64,000 nt of DNA from Nitrospirota bacterium (GCA_963818475.1 CAWFSF010000006.1:416001-480000); one strand, 5' to 3'. Positions 48,890 through 60,017 are shown, counted from the stretch's first letter. Translations and numbers: made by a program. Notes: generated from the letters alone by a model not told the origin.

Positions 48890-49686
48890 GCGGGTTTCCT
48901 TCCGATAAATGAATACAGACGACCCGGAGTCTGGATAAGGGACCCCATCAGGGTCAGCAGCGTGTCAGGAAGCAGCTTCGGCCATGGCCATCTTACCCTG
49001 GCGGATATTCTTCGCTTGACGGACTCCCGGCTCTCCGGGAACAGGTTGATGTCTGACTGCAGCGGGTTGAGAACGCGCTCCACGTCGAGGCCGGCCTCCT
49101 TCATCGCATTGGTATATTCAGAAAGCAGGAATGCATGTTCACCACCGTAAAGACGGTGCAAGGGATGAGCATCAAGAAATATCTGCAGATCGTTCTTTTT
49201 GCTGATCACGTGTTCCCGCGTGGCCACGAACAGTCCCCGCGGCTTCAGAACCCTGTAGACCTCACGGCACAACGCGCGCAAATCGTGCGCGTGGTGGAGC
49301 ATCTGCCTGGCATAGACCAGGTCGAAACTATTATCCGTAAAAGGCAGCTTTTCTCCCCAATCTTCGATCACGGTAATGTCAAGGTTCGTTTCATTCGCCA
49401 GCATCCGGATGGCTCCGGCGCCTACTATGGCACTCTTATCCGGTTCGAGGGCCGTTACTCTCCAACCGTCTCGCGTCAAGGCATAAGATGAAATGCCGCG
49501 TCCCGCGCCAAGGTCTAAAGCCCTTGCGGGAGGATGGGGGAGCACATTCCTGACCGCCTGCCACTCGGTACTATGGTAATACCGATTCGCTGCTGTTGAT
49601 AAGGGGTCGTCGTAAAAACAATCTTTGACCAATTCTGCTTTGTCAGGCTGTTGCCGCAGCCAAAGCACTGCTTCTTCCCAAGTCAT
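48886..49686 (-). CDS. Class I SAM-dependent methyltransferase
   Basis: LDLGAGRG, LPFTDNSFDLV and RVLKP. Confidence 0.88.
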   Translation of the reverse strand: MTWEEAVLWLRQQPDKAELVKDCFYDDPLSTAANRYYHSTEWQAVRNVLPHPPARALDLGAGRGISSYALTRDGWRVTALEPDKSAIVGAGAIRMLANETNLDITVIEDWGEKLPFTDNSFDLVYARQMLHHAHDLRALCREVYRVLKPRGLFVATREHVISKKNDLQIFLDAHPLHRLYGGEHAFLLSEYTNAMKEAGLDVERVLNPLQSDINLFPESRESVKRRISARVRWPWPKLLPDTLLTLMGSLIQTPGRLYSFIGRKPA

Positions 49687-49888
49687 TTTCGCCGGCCTTT
49701 ATCTGGAAAAATGTAATTCTCTGTAGCTCATTCGCAATGCCGTCTCGTTCGGCAGAGTTTGAGAAACCGTCGGTTAAAACGAGGATAATGATCATCATCA
49801 GTAACAGCAGACCGTCTGTTTGCTGCGTAAAGATTCAGCAGGGGTGGAAAAATGACGATCCGGGCATGCTTTCGAAATGAATCATCGG

Positions 49889-51313
49889 TTAAAACCGGAT
49901 TTTCCCGGCGCTGAGGCATTTGCTCAGTCTAGAGCGCGCTCTTTTGGGATCCAGAAAATTGAATATGCTGCTGAACAAAATAATGTTCTTGTTGTCCGCG
50001 GTATTTGCGGATGTATTCGCAGAAAAATTCCAGAAATGCCTATTCTTGTCAAATGGGATCCTATTTCCACTACGATTTATTTGTTTAGACCATTTGAATA
50101 ATTTCAGGAACGAATTTTCAAGCGTATAATACGGGATAGTGTCATAGTTTGCCCACGATTCATCCTGAATATGCCCTTCTTTTTTAAGCTTTTCATAGAG
50201 CAATGTTCCTGGAAGGACGTACAGGATTGAACTGCTCAAAGGGTCTGTCAAGGACAGGGAGTTCAAAAATTCTATTGTTTCACGAATTGTGGCTTCCGTT
50301 TCTCCAGCGTTGCCAACCATGATGAAAGCACTTGTCGCTAAAACGCCACTAAATTTCTTCGAAAGATCGAACGCGTTTCGTATTTGCGGCAAAGAAATTT
50401 TTTTGTTTATGCTTTTCAACATTGTTTCAGAGCCTGTTTCAATTCCCCAACCGATATGTCGACAGCCTGCTTCGACCATGTATGCTATCATCTCTTCAGA
50501 AACAGGCACGACCCTGCATGAGCACGCCCATTCCACCCTGATTCCCCTATCAATGATCTCCTTGCAGACCGCTTTGACCCGTTCAATGCCGAGATTGAAC
50601 GTATCGTCATGAAAAAAAATCTTTTTGACATTGAAGTTTGAGACCAGCATTTCCATTTCGTCGACGACTCTTTGCGGGGAGCTAATACGAACCCGCTGGC
50701 CCCAATAGCTGCTGGTCGAACAAAAGGTACATCTCACCGGACAGCCTCGTGAACCGATGAGAACGCCAATGGAGGATCGATTAATATACTCTCGCGCATA
50801 TGAATAATCCGGCATGGGAAGATCATCGAGATTTGAGATGCTTTCCTGAGGCTGCGTAACTACGACCTCGCCATTATTCTTATACGCAATTCCTCTGACC
50901 TGTTGTAAGAGCGTATTCTTTTCAAAAGCATCGCAGAGATCGCTAAAGGTTTTTTCGCCCTCGCCGATCACAACGACATCAGCATCATAATTATTAAGCG
51001 CTTGTTCATAAAGAAAAGACACATGAACTCCGCCCACCACAATCTTTACGTCTTTGTTGATGGATCGTATCAGCCGTATGCCATCTCTCACAAAACCTCT
51101 GTTAAATGATGTGCAGGTCAGTCCAACGACACGGGGAGCGAAGGAAGCCATCTCTCTTTTAATTTCCCGCACTGCATGGTGCATTTTATTGAAGTGAAAA
51201 GCTTTAACCTCATGTTTCTGTTTTAATGCGCCGACAAGATAGCCGATCCCGAGAGGGAATAGATATTCATCATATTCCTGCAATCCGGGCAAAGACAATA
51301 ACATGATTTTCAT
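49889..51313 (-). CDS. B12-binding radical SAM protein
   Basis: PLGIGY, GGVH, GEGE, SRGCPVRCTFC and DDTF. Confidence 0.9.
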   Translation of the reverse strand: MKIMLLSLPGLQEYDEYLFPLGIGYLVGALKQKHEVKAFHFNKMHHAVREIKREMASFAPRVVGLTCTSFNRGFVRDGIRLIRSINKDVKIVVGGVHVSFLYEQALNNYDADVVVIGEGEKTFSDLCDAFEKNTLLQQVRGIAYKNNGEVVVTQPQESISNLDDLPMPDYSYAREYINRSSIGVLIGSRGCPVRCTFCSTSSYWGQRVRISSPQRVVDEMEMLVSNFNVKKIFFHDDTFNLGIERVKAVCKEIIDRGIRVEWACSCRVVPVSEEMIAYMVEAGCRHIGWGIETGSETMLKSINKKISLPQIRNAFDLSKKFSGVLATSAFIMVGNAGETEATIRETIEFLNSLSLTDPLSSSILYVLPGTLLYEKLKKEGHIQDESWANYDTIPYYTLENSFLKLFKWSKQINRSGNRIPFDKNRHFWNFSANTSANTADNKNIILFSSIFNFLDPKRARSRLSKCLSAGKIRF

Positions 51314-51387
51314 TCTGAATCCTCCACTGCCCTCTAATTATTTTCCTTCATAGGCCGATCTGCTTTAGTACAAAAAAACGTTACGAT

Positions 51388-52611
51388 TCATTTCAGTTTC
51401 TTTTTGATGATTTCATTCAACTGTACGGACCTTTTAAGAAAAGTATGGTCTTTTAACGTCCTTGCCTGTCCGGCTTTTGCGATTTCCGTCATTTTCTCCG
51501 GGTTGTTGAAAAGCCAGTTTATTTTATCAATACATTCATCGGCCGTTCTATACGCAACTATTTCATAATCCGGCAAGAAAAGATCTGGCAGATTTATTTT
51601 CCAGTCTGTCAATAAACATGAGCCAACTCCTGTGACTTCAAACAGTCTTGAGTTCCCGGCATACGCGCCCGCAACATCAATATGCGAATTAAATCCAATT
51701 TTTGCACGGGAGACGGCTTTAAGCATGTCCAATCCATACACCGGTGGTTTCACTCGAGTTTGAAGGGCGCTGCTATACGCTGTTTTGCGAGGCAAGGAGC
51801 TCCATGCCTCGGCCATATTCAGGATCGGCAACTTCTTAACAACGCGCCCAAATCCGAGCGTCTTTAAGAGGCCGGCGGCTGCATGGATTCCCTGTTTGAG
51901 GCGGGTTGTCAAAAATCGCTGATGATGCAGCTGTGTGTAAATATTAAGATCAATGCCACGGTCAATGAGTTCGTTAATGATTTTGATTCGTTCATTATGA
52001 AAACCTTCGCCGCCGATTAATGATCCTAGAAAAATCAAGTCGATAGTGGGGTAGGTGTTATTCTGGCCGATTTTTGATAAAAGCGACGGTTCAAAGGCAT
52101 GGTGCATTAAATATGATTCGATTCCTTTTTTGTTAAAATAGGTTACGAAATCCGGTGAACATGCCAAAATATAATCGAATGCTTTGAGCTTCTCTAAATG
52201 GTTATCGGAGAAAGGGGCCGAACACCAGCCGATTGCTTGTTTAATAGAAGAGGTTTTGTTTTTTACATGCTCAATCCATTCCCCATTCGCGTAAAAGCTG
52301 TCCTGGAACAGCACAATGTCGGGCTTCAAATCAATTATTTGAGCGAGGACTAATTCTTTCCCCGATAGTTTTATCCCGTGTTCATCTGCCCATCGTTGCT
52401 GCAAACAGTCGGCGTTCGCGACAATCTCATGTGCATCTACTCCCAGCGTTTTTAAATTACGTTCAAAAAAATCAGCCCAGCCGTACGCCGCAGACATAAG
52501 ATGGTTTTTTTGGTCAGCATACGTCATATCCCTGACGAGTGGATTGCGTTGATAATATTCGTTCAGAAATTCTTTGTAAAAAGTGGTAACTTTTAGAAAG
52601 CGATAACTCAT
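51388..52611 (-). CDS. CgeB-like glycosyltransferase (Glyco_trans_1_2)
   Basis: C-terminal FNSHID...NSRLFEVTGVG...IAKAGQARTLKDHT. Confidence 0.8.
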   Translation of the reverse strand: MSYRFLKVTTFYKEFLNEYYQRNPLVRDMTYADQKNHLMSAAYGWADFFERNLKTLGVDAHEIVANADCLQQRWADEHGIKLSGKELVLAQIIDLKPDIVLFQDSFYANGEWIEHVKNKTSSIKQAIGWCSAPFSDNHLEKLKAFDYILACSPDFVTYFNKKGIESYLMHHAFEPSLLSKIGQNNTYPTIDLIFLGSLIGGEGFHNERIKIINELIDRGIDLNIYTQLHHQRFLTTRLKQGIHAAAGLLKTLGFGRVVKKLPILNMAEAWSSLPRKTAYSSALQTRVKPPVYGLDMLKAVSRAKIGFNSHIDVAGAYAGNSRLFEVTGVGSCLLTDWKINLPDLFLPDYEIVAYRTADECIDKINWLFNNPEKMTEIAKAGQARTLKDHTFLKRSVQLNEIIKKKLK

Positions 52612-52682
52612 TCGGCGTCTCGTTTTATTCTCGCTGTAGCATGCATTGAATCCCGTTAGTATCTAACGTTGCGGCGTAAAAA

Positions 52683-53600
52683 TCAGGCGTGAACATACGG
52701 GTTTTCGGGGAGCAGAATGACATCATAACCCGCATTCCTGAGATCATCTGCCAACCGTTGAGCCGGCTCATCTTTAAAAAGAATGGCAACCGTCAAAACA
52801 GGTTCGTAAAGCCTGATTTTAGCCAGGATATTGAGAAGGGCAATTCTGAATTTCACTTTTCGATACAATCTGCCTTTCGCGGCAAGTTTTTCATATTCGA
52901 CTCCTTTCTCGTAGAAGTCATTAATTCCACGGAAAGCGACGACTCTGTAATTCATGCCCAGAGCAACTTTCTCGATTTCCCGCCGTGAGATCCCATAGAC
53001 ATAGTTCCCTGTACCTTCTTCAAAAGCATGCTTCTCCACCTTTTTTCCGACGAGGGTTTTGCCAAGATTTACCAGATATCTGAATAATTGATATGAGAAT
53101 CCATAGCTAATATAAGAATCAGTCGGCTCAATTAATACGACTCCTTTCGCCGCTACGCGCAGCATTTCGTACAAAGCGATCATCGGTCTTGGAAAATGAT
53201 GATAGGCCTCCTTGCACAAAACGAAATCAAACTCTGAGTCCTTGAACGATAATGACTCGGCATTTTCTTGGCGATACTTTTTAACGTACCCCATTTCCTT
53301 TGCTTCTTTAAGTAATTTGTCAGTTATATCTGTCGCTAATACATCGATGCCTTTGTCCTGCATATACTTGGCGTCGCATCCATATCTTCCATCTCCAACC
53401 GTGAGCCATTTAGCATCAGGCTCTGATTCCAGGAGCGGATCGAGAAGTCTGTACATGCGATCAAAACGCCATGCGCCAACCGACTCCGTTTCAATCCAAG
53501 TCTTGCCGTGAGCCTCTTTTTTGCCACCAATAGAATAATCGTCAAAATTGGCAGCATGGATCTTATAGCTTAAGGTACGGAAATCATCTTTTTTCCCCAT
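52683..53600 (-). CDS. Class I SAM-dependent methyltransferase
   Basis: WLTVGDGRYG, ENAESLSFKDSEFDFV and YEMLRVA. Start is 53600 or 53663. Confidence 0.8.
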   Translation of the reverse strand: MGKKDDFRTLSYKIHAANFDDYSIGGKKEAHGKTWIETESVGAWRFDRMYRLLDPLLESEPDAKWLTVGDGRYGCDAKYMQDKGIDVLATDITDKLLKEAKEMGYVKKYRQENAESLSFKDSEFDFVLCKEAYHHFPRPMIALYEMLRVAAKGVVLIEPTDSYISYGFSYQLFRYLVNLGKTLVGKKVEKHAFEEGTGNYVYGISRREIEKVALGMNYRVVAFRGINDFYEKGVEYEKLAAKGRLYRKVKFRIALLNILAKIRLYEPVLTVAILFKDEPAQRLADDLRNAGYDVILLPENPYVHA

Positions 53601-53663
53601 GGTTATACGCTCCTCGGTACAATGTTCTGGATCTATGGACGGTTTCAGAATTTCTATCGTCAT

Positions 53664-55599
53664 TTACCGCATTTTCACAAAGGTTTTTTCAAACCAGAGG
53701 AAGTGAAGAAGTCTCCATGCTGTTACGGTGTTTGGCCATGTCCACGATCGCTTGTCCATGTTGTTTTTCAGGAACTTCTGAAACTGCGGCATGTCGATCA
53801 ATTCGTGTTCGGTGCTTTTTCCCAGAAAACCGTTCACCCATGGCTGGAGCGGGCCGTTGAACCATTCAGGCAGCGGCGAATTAAACCCGATCTTTCTTTT
53901 TGAAAGACGAATACTGTCCGGCATTTTCCCGGACATGCCGATGCGTGCTACTCGTTTGGTAAATCCGTCGCCTAACTTGCTGCTGTCCGGCAAAGAAAAA
54001 ACGAAGGTTACGAGCCGCCAGTCCATAAAAGGCATCCGCACTTCCACGCCGTGCGCCATGGAGAGCCGGTCGAAGTTCCGCAGGATCGTCGGCAAGATCG
54101 TGGAATGGAACATCGGATAGAGCATCCGGTTTGCCTCTCCCCAGTGGGACGGCAGCTTGTCGTTCGAGGGAGGGGCCACAAAATCGTCATGCGGAAAGCG
54201 GACGCTTCGCATCAGGAAAGAGCCGACCTGATCCGGACGCATGCTCCTCTTGATGCGGCGCAGGAAAGCAAGGTCGGGATGATAGAGGAGGGCGGACATG
54301 CCGGTGGTTGCAAGCGTATGCAGCAGACCTTTGTCATCCGTTGATAATGATGCCATGTGTTCCTTCATGATCCGCATGTTCCGTAGTGGCGAGAATAACA
54401 GGGATGGGGCATTATGGAATTTCAGGAAATCCGCCTGTTTATACCCGCCCATCAGTTCGTCAGCACCATGCCCGTCCAGAGAAACGACCACCTTTGCCTT
54501 GCGCAGTTCACGATAGATGAGCCAGACGGGTGTTGGAAGTCCAATGTACACATCATCAAAATCCATCAGGATTTTGTCTATGTTCAGGAGGGCATCGTTC
54601 TCTGTTACCGGCATGTATCTCGCCTTGATGCCCGCAAACCGCACTGCCTCCTCGGCCTGGACGCGTTCATCGTTGGACGCGCCGGGAAAGGTTGCAACAA
54701 AGGCCTGTTGCCAGTCCTGCGCCTGGCGCGGGTCTTTTCCCTGCCTGCCGATCTCCGCCAGAGCGCATACGATCGCGGTGGAGTCAAACCCTCCGCTTAA
54801 ACAGGTGCCGATCGGCACATCGCTTCGCATGCGGATCCGGATGGAGTCGTAGAACAATTCCCGAAACTGCTCCGCCTGAGCCTCAAGCGATGACGGCGGT
54901 TCGATGAGATGGTCAAGCGTATTCCACCAACGGACGATGGAGAGCCGGCCATCCTTGATTATGCCGTAATGCCCGCCGGGAAGGCGTCGCAGGCCTTTGA
55001 GCATCGTCCGGTCCGTGCCCTCAATGCCAAAGCCATTGCGCAGGAAAACTGAAGCGCTCTCTTTGTCAACAACAGGTTCGAACCCGTCGAGATACGAGAA
55101 TGCCTTCATTTCCGAGGCAAAGGCGAAACGCGAAGCGGTAAAGGTGTATAAAAAGGGCTTGATCCCGAACCGGTCACGGGAGATAAAGATCGTTTGTTCC
55201 GCCCGGTCATAAATAGCAAAGGCCCACATGCCGTTAAAACGCAGCAGCATCTCAGGCCCCCACTCCCGATAGGCTGCCAGGATAACTTCCGTATCGCTTT
55301 GCGACCGGAAGACATGGCCTTTTTGTTCCAGATCCGCGCGCAGTTCAAGGAAATTATAGATCTCGCCGTTGTAGGTTATCCAATACCGGTTGTCGCGCGA
55401 GGACATCGGCTGGAGCCCTTCCTCGGAAAGATCGAGGATAGCGAGACGACGATGTCCGAAAGCGATTCCCGCATTGTCGATGAACCCATGTTCCGCGGCC
55501 ATCCGGCCCCCGGTGCGCAAGGGAGTCGGTAAACCGCTCGAATCGCGGCGCGATCACGGGTTTATTATCGAAGTTCCATATGCCGGTAATTCCACACAT
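53664..55599 (-). CDS. asnB: Asparagine synthase-family amidotransferase (AsnB/WbpS-like), with an apparent +1 frameshift at ~55486
   Basis: MCGI...HRGPDG in ORF 55354..55599 joins FIDNAGIAFGHRRLAILDL, NGEIYN, LSGGFDS, DGHGADE and EVRMPF after removing one base of CCC 55485-87. Confidence 0.88.
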
Positions 55600-55727
55600 A
55601 TTTTATCCTGTTAGCTAAATTTCCCCAACCAGTACCACTCTTTGGCTGAAACTATTTCTCCGTAGGACTCTACTGGGAGTTTTCAAGTCCCTCCCTGCAG
55701 TTATGAATCATTTTATTACCGTTCGTG

Positions 55728-57545
55728 TCAAGGTCCCCAGATCTCTAATTCATAAAGGTTGGTGTTCCAGTAATGGCTGGGATCAGTACCCTTGACCGCA
55801 GTTACTACATAGCGCAGATAACGACACGAAACGGGGGCAAAGCTCTCCTTGGTGATCCATGAGTTGTTGCCGGTGACCGAGGCGGCAATAGTGTAGCTGC
55901 CGTCGGCAAAGTTGGGATCGTTGCCGACCCATATCTGAAAATCTACCGCTTTGTTCTCGTCTGCCATGAGTGCATAGCCGCCATAGTTAAAGGTGGCCAC
56001 ACGGCTAATCAGATTCTCGCCGCCCAAGTCTGCCTGTATCCATTTGGGGAAGGTATCAGTGCTATTGACGTGCCAGTAGTCATTATATTGTCCGTCAAAC
56101 ACATTGATCGGGGCAGTCCGGGGCAGATCATTGGATGAGCTTGCGGTAGCGCTGGTTACGGCGTATTTGACCTCGTTGGATGGTAGGTCCGATCCATAGA
56201 TGCGCATATCAGCGACCTGGTAAGAGCCGGCAACAGCCGAGATCAGCAGTCGTACCCATCGGCCGTTTATAACGGGACTGACCGGCAGATTCACTTCCGC
56301 CTGGCTGTTATTGGTCACAGTAGCGGCAACAGTGTAGCGCCCGGGTGCGAAGGTCGGATCGTCCCCGATCAACACCTGGAAACTGGTTGCGACAGCATTT
56401 TGATCGATGCCAAAATTCAGGTAAATCTCGTTGATTGCCTTGCTGTCCCCCAAATCAGCCTGCAGCCATCGGTCAGGGTAACCAAAGTTATCCTGACCGA
56501 TCTTCCAATAAGTGGCAGCATTGCCGTCAAAAGCCTTTATCGGCCAGTAAGGGTCTGTGTCGCTGGACCCGTATGCCGAACTGGCAATAGCAGCCACGAC
56601 AGGCAGCGATGGTGGCGGTACCGGCAACTGGTTTTCAGCGTCAATCTGCAACAAAACAGCAAGGTTCTGCTGGGCTGTCTTGAACATATTGTTCCAGTCC
56701 AGCTTATCCAGCGTATCGCCGCATCCACCATCATTGGATGTACCGTGATAGCCGGGAGCCAGATAAGGAGTTCCGCCGATACTTAGTACTGCTGTTAATC
56801 CAAGGTTCCAGTATGACTGATTATCTGAATAACAGCCTGTTGTCTCGCGCCAGTTGATATCTATACCATATTGGCCGGAAACGGTGTTGAACAAACTGGA
56901 GATCCGTTCTGATTCGGAATTGTTATACCAAAGCACGTTCATGTTTTGACCAAGCACCTCTGACCACCCTATCCCATCCATAATCAGGCCGGTTTTAATA
57001 GTTTCCCCACGTGCAAGTGCCTGGTTTAAGTGCAAATTGCTGCCAATATTGAAAGCGGTTTGTTCATGTCCGACAAAGTTAATAAAGCGGATTGAATAGC
57101 GGCTAGGGTAATCTTTGAGAACACGGGCCAACTCGAGTATCGCAGCGGATCCGGACGCGTTATCGCCAGCCCCAGGCGTGGTGGGTTGGGTATCTAAGTG
57201 ACCGCCCACCTCAATGAATACATTTGGGTAAATACTGCCGATCTTGGTAGCAACAACATTGTGACCAACCCCACCAGTACCATGAAGATTACTGTAGTCA
57301 GCAGAATCACAACCATTACCACCAGTACCTCCTAGATCCACCTGTTCCATAGTCACCTGGTAGCCCCAGGACTCATAGAGTGACTTGGCATAATCGGATG
57401 CCATCTCAAGATTGCTCTTAGGATAAATGACGGAGGTATCCACGGTGCAATTGTCGTCAATAAAAGGGCTGAAATATAGGGCGTGACGCGGGCCGTACTG
57501 ATTGACCAGGATACTAGCAATATTATGTAGATTCTGTTGATTCAC
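55728..57545 (-). CDS. M28-family peptidase-like domain + two F5/8 type C (discoidin) domains
   Basis: GGHLDT, PGAGDNASG, MDGIG and YH, followed by two AFDG...W...WLQADLG...GRWVRL-type domains. No signal peptide seen. Confidence 0.78.
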   Translation of the reverse strand: MNQQNLHNIASILVNQYGPRHALYFSPFIDDNCTVDTSVIYPKSNLEMASDYAKSLYESWGYQVTMEQVDLGGTGGNGCDSADYSNLHGTGGVGHNVVATKIGSIYPNVFIEVGGHLDTQPTTPGAGDNASGSAAILELARVLKDYPSRYSIRFINFVGHEQTAFNIGSNLHLNQALARGETIKTGLIMDGIGWSEVLGQNMNVLWYNNSESERISSLFNTVSGQYGIDINWRETTGCYSDNQSYWNLGLTAVLSIGGTPYLAPGYHGTSNDGGCGDTLDKLDWNNMFKTAQQNLAVLLQIDAENQLPVPPPSLPVVAAIASSAYGSSDTDPYWPIKAFDGNAATYWKIGQDNFGYPDRWLQADLGDSKAINEIYLNFGIDQNAVATSFQVLIGDDPTFAPGRYTVAATVTNNSQAEVNLPVSPVINGRWVRLLISAVAGSYQVADMRIYGSDLPSNEVKYAVTSATASSSNDLPRTAPINVFDGQYNDYWHVNSTDTFPKWIQADLGGENLISRVATFNYGGYALMADENKAVDFQIWVGNDPNFADGSYTIAASVTGNNSWITKESFAPVSCRYLRYVVTAVKGTDPSHYWNTNLYELEIWGP

Positions 57546-57708
57546 TTGGTTAAGGTAGGAAGAAAGAGCTGAACAGCGTTATTCCGCACACAGTATTCTC
57601 CCGTTTCCCGAAGCCGACCGAAGAGGCCACATGCTTTTCATAAGTGTGATCCTATAACTATTTCGCTCCCACCGTGGGGCAAATGGCGGGATGGCCGAGT
57701 GCATGTCA

Positions 57709-58386
57709 TTAATTTCCTGATCCCGTACCAACGGGCTCGAGACGGTGAACGATGTCGTCGATATCCCGCAACGTACTCACGATGAAGTCCGGTTCATATG
57801 TCTTGAGCAAAGACTCATTTCTGATGCCGGTCGTGACCGCGCAGGTCGCGATCCTGAGCTTTTTACCGGTAATGATGTCCATGCCGCTGTCACCCACGAT
57901 TAACGACGGCGACGTAATCACGAGTTTTGCCAAAGTTTCGGCTTTTGAGGAAAGAACAGACTCACTCCGTGCATCCGCGGAAACTTTCGGGGTAAGAACT
58001 GCTGTGAAAAAATGTTCTATATTGAGCCAATGAAGCTGTTTATGAAGCATCACGCGGTCCCGTCGCATTGATACAAGATAGCACGTATGCCTGGATGAAA
58101 GCCGGTCTAAGACAGCTGCTGCTGCATCGAAGAGTTGATCGTTTTGAAGGACTTGTTCCAACTCGATATTCTCTCGTACATACCGGCGCAGCAGATCCGG
58201 GTCAAGATCGGGCAAATGTGACGCGTCTAATATTGCCCTATCGGTGTCATTTGAACGCTTACGTTCCCAGTAGAGCCTCTGCGGCAAGGCGGTTCCGCCA
58301 TGCATGCGTACAAAATTTGAGTACACGCAAAAATATTTCCGGGAAATTTCGACAATCGTTCCATCAAAATCGAAAAAAAGCATCAT
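57709..58386 (-). CDS. HAD-superfamily hydrolase
   Basis: FDFDGT, K and VGDSGMDI. Confidence 0.88.
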   Translation of the reverse strand: MMLFFDFDGTIVEISRKYFCVYSNFVRMHGGTALPQRLYWERKRSNDTDRAILDASHLPDLDPDLLRRYVRENIELEQVLQNDQLFDAAAAVLDRLSSRHTCYLVSMRRDRVMLHKQLHWLNIEHFFTAVLTPKVSADARSESVLSSKAETLAKLVITSPSLIVGDSGMDIITGKKLRIATCAVTTGIRNESLLKTYEPDFIVSTLRDIDDIVHRLEPVGTGSGN

Positions 58387-58390
58387 GGCA

Positions 58391-59140
58391 TCAAGTCACC
58401 GGTCCGGTTCGGAGTGACGCGACAATAATGAGGCTCGAACAGTATTCCGGAAGTTCTTTGCCGACCTCGTACAAGGCATCAACAATCCTGGGGTCCCAGG
58501 ATTCCATCTGCTTGTGAGAAAGCGGTTTGAGAAGAATCCCTCCGATCTGGTTGACCTGATAGCCGGCATTGATAAAATCGTTCTTCAGTCGTTCACTGTC
58601 ATAGATGCGCTTGTGACCTTTTTGAATATCGGCATCGGAGAGGTCGTAAAAATCATGAAGTAAGCCCATTGCCTTGCCGATCCTTTTATGAAGGCCAAGA
58701 GCGTTCGGCACGGTCATCACGAGCAGTCCGTTTGGTGAGAGCCATGATTTCAGTCGCTGGAGAAATGCTACGGGATCATGAACATGTTCTAAAACATTAG
58801 TGGACACGATAAAATCAAAAAGGCGCGCTGGTACATAGTCTTCGAACAGCGTGCACAGGTACGATATATTGTGTGCCGCATTGTACTGCCGGGCTTTTGA
58901 AATCTTGATGTCTGAACCGTCGATCCCGACGACCTGGTTGAATTTGGGGGCCAGCGTCCTGGTAAGCGCTCCGACTCCGCAGCCGATATCGAGCATCGAA
59001 TCACCGATGCAAAAGCCGCTGATCGCCGATATCTTATATTTCATCAATACTTTTTCAAAGCCCTCGTCTTCGGAGAAGTTGAGGGCTATGCCGTCCAGTT
59101 CGCTCAAAGAGACGTGTTTTCCCGTATCGTTTTCGTTCAT
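58391..59140 (-). CDS. Class I SAM-dependent methyltransferase
   Basis: LDIGCGVG, NVLEHV and TVPN. Confidence 0.88.
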   Translation of the reverse strand: MNENDTGKHVSLSELDGIALNFSEDEGFEKVLMKYKISAISGFCIGDSMLDIGCGVGALTRTLAPKFNQVVGIDGSDIKISKARQYNAAHNISYLCTLFEDYVPARLFDFIVSTNVLEHVHDPVAFLQRLKSWLSPNGLLVMTVPNALGLHKRIGKAMGLLHDFYDLSDADIQKGHKRIYDSERLKNDFINAGYQVNQIGGILLKPLSHKQMESWDPRIVDALYEVGKELPEYCSSLIIVASLRTGPVT

Positions 59141-59141
59141 C

Positions 59142-60017
59142 TTAGTTGCTTTCGCAGTATATTTTTTTTAAAGCTGCTTGCAGGGGGGTTAGTTCCAGCG
59201 CACCCAAAGCTTCAGTGAGTTTCCGGATGTCGTACACGTAATCTATCCTCGGTTTAGTCCGGACACGATATTCAATTCGGAAATCTTTGTCTGCAATCTC
59301 TCGTACAATATTCACGATTTGAATCAAGGATTGACTTTTGCCGCTTGCGATGTTAAAAATTCCGGCAGTTTTACGTTCGCAGAACTCAGCTGTTATTCGC
59401 CCTACGTCCTCGATGAAGAGATAATCCCTCAGATCCATTCCATCGCCGTTCAGGATAACGGTGCCTGTCTTCTTGATGCTTTTTATAATTGACGGAATAA
59501 ACTTTTTGCTCCGGTCGTCCTCGCCAAAAATCTGGCACAGCCGCAGGATACACGTCGGCACGCCGAAATTTGATCCCCAAAGTTCCACAAACTGCTCTCC
59601 GATTCGTTTGCTCAGTGAATAGTAATTTTGCGGTGAAACTTCACTTGATTCCGTAATAATACCGCTGATCTTATAAACGTCGACCGTGCTCAGTTTTACA
59701 AAATAAAGTGGAGGATGGTTTTCCAGTGCTTTTAATATATTCCGAGACATTACTATGTTGTCGAAATAATCCTCGTGCTCTCCTGCGCCTGGAGGGATCT
59801 TTGCCGCAGCATCTACAATAACATCGAAGGTGCGACCTCCCAATGCATCTTTCACTGATTCGAAACTCGTCAGATCTGCAAAAATAGATTCCATCCCGAG
59901 AGGTGTCTGCGCGTCGGCGCGACGCACGATACCCGCTGTTTCAAATCCCCGGCTGATCAGCTCCATCGCAACAGCATTGCCTATGAATCCACTCCCCCCT
60001 GTTATCAACACCTTCAT
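59142..60017 (-). CDS. NAD-dependent epimerase/dehydratase
   Basis: ITGGSGFIG, YSLSK and RDY. Confidence 0.88.
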   Translation of the reverse strand: MKVLITGGSGFIGNAVAMELISRGFETAGIVRRADAQTPLGMESIFADLTSFESVKDALGGRTFDVIVDAAAKIPPGAGEHEDYFDNIVMSRNILKALENHPPLYFVKLSTVDVYKISGIITESSEVSPQNYYSLSKRIGEQFVELWGSNFGVPTCILRLCQIFGEDDRSKKFIPSIIKSIKKTGTVILNGDGMDLRDYLFIEDVGRITAEFCERKTAGIFNIASGKSQSLIQIVNIVREIADKDFRIEYRVRTKPRIDYVYDIRKLTEALGALELTPLQAALKKIYCESN

